DNA from: Rubrobacter sp.
GTDB taxonomy: Bacteria > Actinomycetota > Rubrobacteria > Rubrobacterales > Rubrobacteraceae
Direction of reading: 5' to 3'
DNA: 42,539 nucleotides
Assembly: GCA_035697505.1 (NCBI GenBank)
Contig: DASSCV010000406.1
Coordinates: forward strand, 1-42,539
A program made the position numbers and the translations under genes. The first letter of the stretch is position 1. Every line of letters begins with the position of its first letter. The notes beneath the pieces are model-generated. The model searched no databases, was not told the DNA's origin, and saw only the letters and a program-made list of their open reading frames with translations. Below are positions 38,015 to 42,539 of this stretch, piece after piece.

Positions 38015-38257
38015 CTATGCTGAGACACCGGATGTAGCGATTACTCCCGATACGCTAACGGCAGAACTATCGCTATCGCACCTCTTCATAGGCGGTTTAT
38101 ACAAGATGCTGGATGTAGACTTACTTGGGGGCATCTTCCCCTCGAAAACGAGCTCTTCCAGCACTGCTTCCAGGTAGCCCACAGCCTTTGTCCGTCCTTC
38201 CTGGCGTAGCTGTTGCAGCGCGTCCGCCACCCAGGCAAGACAGACCTCGTTGTCCAT
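38015..38257 (-). CDS. Small hypothetical protein
   Basis: MDNEVCLAWVADALQQLRQEGRTKAVGYLEAVLEELVFE, amphipathic helices; preceded by GGAGG. Confidence 0.4.
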   Translation of the reverse strand: MDNEVCLAWVADALQQLRQEGRTKAVGYLEAVLEELVFEGKMPPSKSTSSILYKPPMKRCDSDSSAVSVSGVIATSGVSA

Positions 38258-38355
38258 GCCCAAAAATGTCCGCCTCCCCTCTTCTCCGAGAAGAACCACC
38301 GTGATGGGGTAAAGGTGAACACCCCGCCCGCTTACCGGTTTCCCTCGCTACATCA

Positions 38356-38859
38356 TCATGGTCTTCTCCTTGCCTCCCCCCTCTTCGAAGTTATAGGTAC
38401 TGGTGCAGCAGGAAGCTGGGGGTGGAACTCAACCACTGCAGCTTCTACCGTTGGCACATCGTGGTAGCGGGCCACCGAGACTCGATGGTGGCCGTCTACC
38501 ACGAAGTAGGCTTCCTCGAGCTTGTAGAGCTTGACCGGTGGCAAGTCTTCTGTACGGTGGAACGCTCGGTCTATGCGCTTCCACTTGTGCCCCACGCTGG
38601 CCCTCGCCGGCAGGAAGGATCGGTCGAACTCATCCCACCGCCCCACGCTGCCGACGATCTCGTCCGCCTCTACGACCCTCGTCCCTCGGTGGAGGCGATT
38701 GTTAGCTACAAGCTCTCTTCTGACGTCGTCGAAGGAGAGCAACCGGTTTGAGGTGTGCTCCCTTCGGATACGGGCGACCACCGCTCTCAAGCGAGCCCGG
38801 CGCCTGGCGCGGATGAAGTCTGCGTCCACCTGCTCGTTTAGGTTCATGTATGGGATCAT
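38356..38859 (-). CDS. ParB/sulfiredoxin-like N-terminal domain protein
   Basis: IVGSVGRW..FDRSFLP, LPPVKLY..EAYFVVDGHHRVSVA. Confidence 0.75.
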   Translation of the reverse strand: MIPYMNLNEQVDADFIRARRRARLRAVVARIRREHTSNRLLSFDDVRRELVANNRLHRGTRVVEADEIVGSVGRWDEFDRSFLPARASVGHKWKRIDRAFHRTEDLPPVKLYKLEEAYFVVDGHHRVSVARYHDVPTVEAAVVEFHPQLPAAPVPITSKRGEARRRP

Positions 38860-39125
38860 GTCTCAGCCTTCTCAAAATAGGGTCTAGATGCATGAGCGCG
38901 CTACCTTATGCGCCAATGAGCCCTCCGTTTTAACTCTCACGGATTGGGCTCCTTGCTTGCTCTTGCGCCTCAATCGCTAATATGCACTACCAAGATGAAT
39001 CAGGCGTAAGGCGAGTATGAAGACTTCTTCATTATCGGTTCGGAAGACTTCCCTATATTCCATGCCCTATAACCTACTCTGCTCGTGTTGCGCACTCTCG
39101 GGTTGCGCGTTGCAAGGAGGATCCT

Positions 39126-39386
39126 CTACTCCAGCACCAGGAACCGCCGCTGAGCGTCGGCGGGAACGGTCTGAACCGGGATCAGGACCGTCTTCATCCC
39201 GAAAAGTCCCACCTTGACCTCCGCGTACTCAGCCCCGCCGCTCCCATTCAAGAAGAGTTTCTTCAACCTGCCGATCTTCCGTCCCCGTGGGTCACAGACC
39301 CGGTAACCTGCGCATTGTTGTGGCGTCTCGAACCGTTCGACGGGCCACGCGCCTCTCCCCGCCGCCCGGGTTGCCGTCTGTGACAT
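39126..39386 (-). CDS. PRC-barrel domain protein
   Basis: GYRVCDPRGRKIGRLKKLF...YAEVKVGLFGMKTVLIPV. Confidence 0.7.
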   Translation of the reverse strand: MSQTATRAAGRGAWPVERFETPQQCAGYRVCDPRGRKIGRLKKLFLNGSGGAEYAEVKVGLFGMKTVLIPVQTVPADAQRRFLVLE

Positions 39387-39511
39387 CGTTCTCTGCTCCT
39401 CCTCGGAACTCGCGAAGGCGTCTTCTAGTGGACGCCCTCGCGCTGAGCGTTCTTACTCGCTCTTGTTGCCTGCTCTGGCTGTCGCTTCCTCGAAAGCCGG
39501 CTGCCAGTACC

Positions 39512-40282
39512 CTAGTACTCACGCCTCAGGCGGCGGGCTCCGAGCTTCTGGCCGTCGACCTCCGCTATCTCGGAAGAATCGCCTTGCTGCTCGCCCTGCT
39601 CTTGCTGGCTCTGCTCTTGCTGCTGGATCTGCTGCTTGGCCTCGCCACCCTTCTCGTAGCCCTGCTCGACCATCTGCTGAGCGACGCCTTTGCCGCCTAG
39701 GCCGAACGCTATGGCCGCGGCCAGGGATAGGCCTCCGAGCAGGATCAGGAACGTAGGTGCTATGAGCTCCTTGGCGATACCAAGCTGCGTAAGCGCCGCG
39801 AAGGCCGCAAACACGATGATGCCGTACTGCGCGACACTGCCGATGAGATTGCTCCCTGTGGCCCCGCGGACGATGCCTGCAACGAAGTTGGCCAGCAGGG
39901 TGGCGAGCACTAGGATCAGGATCGCCGCTATGATCTGCGGAATGTAGGCTATGAACTGGGCCAAGACGTCAGAGATCGCGGAGATCCCCAAAGTGTCCAC
40001 GGCCATCGTGATGGCGATGAAGAAGACCAGCCAGAATATCAGCTTGCCCAAGATAGACAGGGGCGTCTGGTTGGTCTGGGACCGATCGAAGAACTGCTTT
40101 ATGCCTCCGCTCTCCATCCAGCCCTCGAAGCCCATGCTTTCGAGGACCTTCGTGGTTATGCCCTGGAGGACCTTGGCGATGATGAAGCCGATGACGAGGA
40201 TGAGGATGGCGCCGATGAGCGCCGGAAGCGCCCCCACGATGGCACCGAGCCCTTCCGATAAGGATTGCGTTATTGCTTGCAT
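39512..40282 (-). CDS. Conserved TM-helix (CmpX / small mechanosensitive channel-like) membrane protein
   Basis: Two LPxIIxAILIL repeats, ALTQLGIA, AIAFGLGG. Confidence 0.8.
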   Translation of the reverse strand: MQAITQSLSEGLGAIVGALPALIGAILILVIGFIIAKVLQGITTKVLESMGFEGWMESGGIKQFFDRSQTNQTPLSILGKLIFWLVFFIAITMAVDTLGISAISDVLAQFIAYIPQIIAAILILVLATLLANFVAGIVRGATGSNLIGSVAQYGIIVFAAFAALTQLGIAKELIAPTFLILLGGLSLAAAIAFGLGGKGVAQQMVEQGYEKGGEAKQQIQQQEQSQQEQGEQQGDSSEIAEVDGQKLGARRLRREY

Positions 40283-40328
40283 TCTTGCACCTTTTCTCTA
40301 GTTTGCTTGCGTTCCTGTTACGGTGTTG

Positions 40329-40955
40329 TTAAGGTCGATTCTGGCCGGTCTTGGCTCCCTTCATTCCACCCAAAGCGCCTCCTATGAACGGCGCGAGCAC
40401 CACGAGGATGCCGCCCACGATGGCCGCCACACCTAGGCCCTGCGGGATGCTGCTCGGGATGGCCTGCGTGAGGCCTGGCGGCACCGCGCCCGCGAGGGCG
40501 TCCGCGAAGGTCGCGCCGAGGACGCCGCCGGCGACCGCGACGATTATCGCGACGATGAGGGCTAACAGGCCCACCAGTAGACCGTGCTTGGCCCCAGAGC
40601 GGCTCGCCATCCTGCCGGCCGCGTAGCCGCCGATGAAGAAGGCCAAGAGGAGTGTCACCACGATCCCGACGAGGCCCGAGATCCCGCCCGAAGACGTCCC
40701 GAGGCCCAGGAGCCCGATGATCCCTCCTACGATGGCGGCGACGATACCGCTAAGGATGAGCCCGGCTCCGAGCGCGCAGATCCAGCCGAGGATCACGCTG
40801 ATCCAGCTCGTCTTCCCGTACCCGTGCGACAACTCATACGACATGTCCTGAGTGCTGCCCCTCTCTTGGTTCCGATGACCGTCGCCGGAACGAACCTCGT
40901 TCTCCTCTACCCTCGGCGCGTCGGTGTTGCCTTTTTCGCTTGTTCTCTCGCTCAT
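40329..40955 (-). CDS. Four-TM membrane protein (Gly/Ala-rich)
   Basis: FFIGGYAAGRMA, KHGLLVG; SD AAAGGAG. Confidence 0.7.
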   Translation of the reverse strand: MSERTSEKGNTDAPRVEENEVRSGDGHRNQERGSTQDMSYELSHGYGKTSWISVILGWICALGAGLILSGIVAAIVGGIIGLLGLGTSSGGISGLVGIVVTLLLAFFIGGYAAGRMASRSGAKHGLLVGLLALIVAIIVAVAGGVLGATFADALAGAVPPGLTQAIPSSIPQGLGVAAIVGGILVVLAPFIGGALGGMKGAKTGQNRP

Positions 40956-41011
40956 CTTTCATCTCCTTTCCGTGTGAACCTTAGACCACGTTCCTGCTAC
41001 TAACTCTGGGC

Positions 41012-41989
41012 TCAGTGCTGGGCCATGGTCCGCCCGTAGAGCAGTGCCGCCAACACTCCCCCGATGATGGGCCCCAGGATGTAGAGCCAAACGCTAGTGA
41101 GGTCGCCCGCAACGACCATCGGCCCCAGGGCGCGAACCGGGTTGACCGCTCCCCCCGTGACGGGACCAGCTATGAAGACCCCGACTGCAAGGGCGAAGCC
41201 CACCGCTATGGGGGCTATGGCCGCAGGCGCCCTCGAGTCGGTCGCCACAGACACCACCACGAAGACGAGGATGAAGGTGATGAGGATCTCCACTACGAAC
41301 GCCTGCAAGTCGCCAATCCCCTGTGCCGGGTAGGTGGCCGCCAGGTTAGCCTCACTCCTGCCCGGGCCGCCGAAGGCGATCCAGGTGCCTATGGCCCCGA
41401 GCACGGCCCCCACTAGCTGAGCCCCCAGGTAGGCAGGAACAGACTTCCACGGGAACTGGCCGGTTGAGGCCATCCCCAGAGTCACGGCCGGGTTGACGTG
41501 CGCCCCCGAGACGTGCCCTATGGCGGCGACCACTGCGGCGAGCGCCAGCCCGAAGGCGAGCGCTATGGCCAAAGAATCGTAGGCCGCGCCGGCCGTGGGG
41601 CGGCTCAAGATGGCGCCGACCGCCACGGCGGTCCCGCCGAAGACCAGGATGAAGGTGCCCACCAGCTCGGCCAGCGCGGCGGGCAGGATGGGGTCGCTGG
41701 TGCTGCTGCCGTACAGGCCGTCGCCCTTGAGTTCTTCTTCCCTGTCTACCACCCCGTCTCTCGCGGCGCGGCGCATCTCGTCCCTGGTGATGCGCTGCCC
41801 GGATGTGCCTGCAGCGAAGCCGGGACCTGAGGCTGGAATGTCGGGCCCGAGGCCCCGCGCCCGGGGCCGTTCGTCGTCATGGTCGCCCCCCGCGCGGTGC
41901 ACCTCTACCGCGTCCGGGCCGTTGCCGGACGCCCTGGCTCTGCCGGTTTCCACCGGCCTGCCCTCGTCCCCTGCTCTTCCTCTGCCCAT
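41012..41989 (-). CDS. MIP/aquaporin family channel with N-terminal extension
   Basis: AELVGTF, SGAHVNPAVT, GGAVNPVRALGP; SD AAAGGAGG. Confidence 0.9.
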   Translation of the reverse strand: MGRGRAGDEGRPVETGRARASGNGPDAVEVHRAGGDHDDERPRARGLGPDIPASGPGFAAGTSGQRITRDEMRRAARDGVVDREEELKGDGLYGSSTSDPILPAALAELVGTFILVFGGTAVAVGAILSRPTAGAAYDSLAIALAFGLALAAVVAAIGHVSGAHVNPAVTLGMASTGQFPWKSVPAYLGAQLVGAVLGAIGTWIAFGGPGRSEANLAATYPAQGIGDLQAFVVEILITFILVFVVVSVATDSRAPAAIAPIAVGFALAVGVFIAGPVTGGAVNPVRALGPMVVAGDLTSVWLYILGPIIGGVLAALLYGRTMAQH

Positions 41990-42026
41990 CTCGCTCTTGC
42001 CTCCTTTTCGGGAACCTACGGTTCCT

Positions 42027-42197
42027 TTAGTCGATGACCTTCTTGTTCTTGGCGCCCCTCTTGTTAGGACGCTCCTTATGGTCAGCGTCCTGCTTGCCCT
42101 TCTTGGCGCCCATAGACTTCTTGGCAGATTTCATCGCCTTGCCAACGGCCTTCCGGCTGAACATCCTCACGATCGTATTCACGACGACGTTGCCCAT
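42027..42197 (-). CDS. Small Lys-rich hypothetical protein
   Basis: MGNVVVNTIVRMFSRKAVGKAMKSAKKSMGAKKGK...; co-oriented with neighbours; start uncertain. Confidence 0.45.
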   Translation of the reverse strand: MGNVVVNTIVRMFSRKAVGKAMKSAKKSMGAKKGKQDADHKERPNKRGAKNKKVID

Positions 42198-42367
42198 GCC
42201 GCCCTCAACGTAGTCCTCCTCCCACGCTGGGGTGCCTGAATTGGGAGCTCCCATAGGGCACTCCGGCGCCGTACTTTGTCCGGTGGTCTAATCTCGACCT
42301 CCTCTTGGCGCAGGTCCACCTCGACTTCGACCACCCTCTTGTGGATGTGAGTTTCTGCCGGGTTTGC

Positions 42368-42539
42368 TTACCCTCTGCGCTGGCTGGTGTCGTCTTCAAT
42401 ATCCACCTCTTCGCGCCTCACGTCCTCCTCGACGATCTGCCGCTCGTGGACGACGTCTTTGCGGATGCGGATCTCCTCCTTCGCCACAGGGTTTTTCTGG
42501 ACCACGACCTCGTCCTCGACCACAGGCACGGATACCTCG
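42368..42539 (-). CDS. YsnF/AvaK (DUF2382) domain protein, 3' end only
   Basis: Manual translation: EVSVPVVEDEVVVQKNPVAKEEIRIRKDVVHERQIVEEDVRREEVDIEDDTSQRRG*. Confidence 0.85.
   Translation of the reverse strand, partial: EVSVPVVEDEVVVQKNPVAKEEIRIRKDVVHERQIVEEDVRREEVDIEDDTSQRRG

Noticed and set aside
39017-39052. GAAGACTTC direct repeat in an intergenic region
   Set aside because: Two 9-mers only, with no supporting structure; cannot be distinguished from chance

Overview
High-GC bacterial chromosomal segment; the gene repertoire and style suggest a Rubrobacter-like actinobacterium (inference, not a database result). It contains four blocks. (1) 1-13.4 kb: partial moeA plus an acid-sugar/lactate block (cyclase, LarA-like protein, PdxA2, DUF1537 kinase, SDR, frameshifted Nramp-like transporter, Usp, lutABC, GFA, second LarA-like protein). 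(2) 13.5-27.3 kb: an N-/S-methyl (betaine-type) demethylation cluster (IclR, SolA, GcvT-like, cyclodeaminase/cyclohydrolase, MetF, a DmdA-like methyltransferase, dimethylglycine oxidase, BCCT transporter), interrupted by EamA/TetR/EamA and Hsp20. (3) 27.4-37.5 kb: a decayed zone (IS982-like remnant, a usp gene bounded by two 42-bp sites, gene fragments) followed by a non-phosphorylative sugar-acid catabolic cluster (IlvD/Edd dehydratase, L-fuconate dehydratase, SDRs, cyclase, cupin). (4) 37.5-42.5 kb: a pentapeptide-repeat remnant, a tRNA-Thr(CGT)-derived element with integrase-arm-like repeats, then stress/membrane genes. The best candidates for novelty are the DmdA-like/MetF betaine-type pathway, the tRNA-derived att-like element and the 42-bp-site-bounded usp module. 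All functional calls come from motif recognition by eye.
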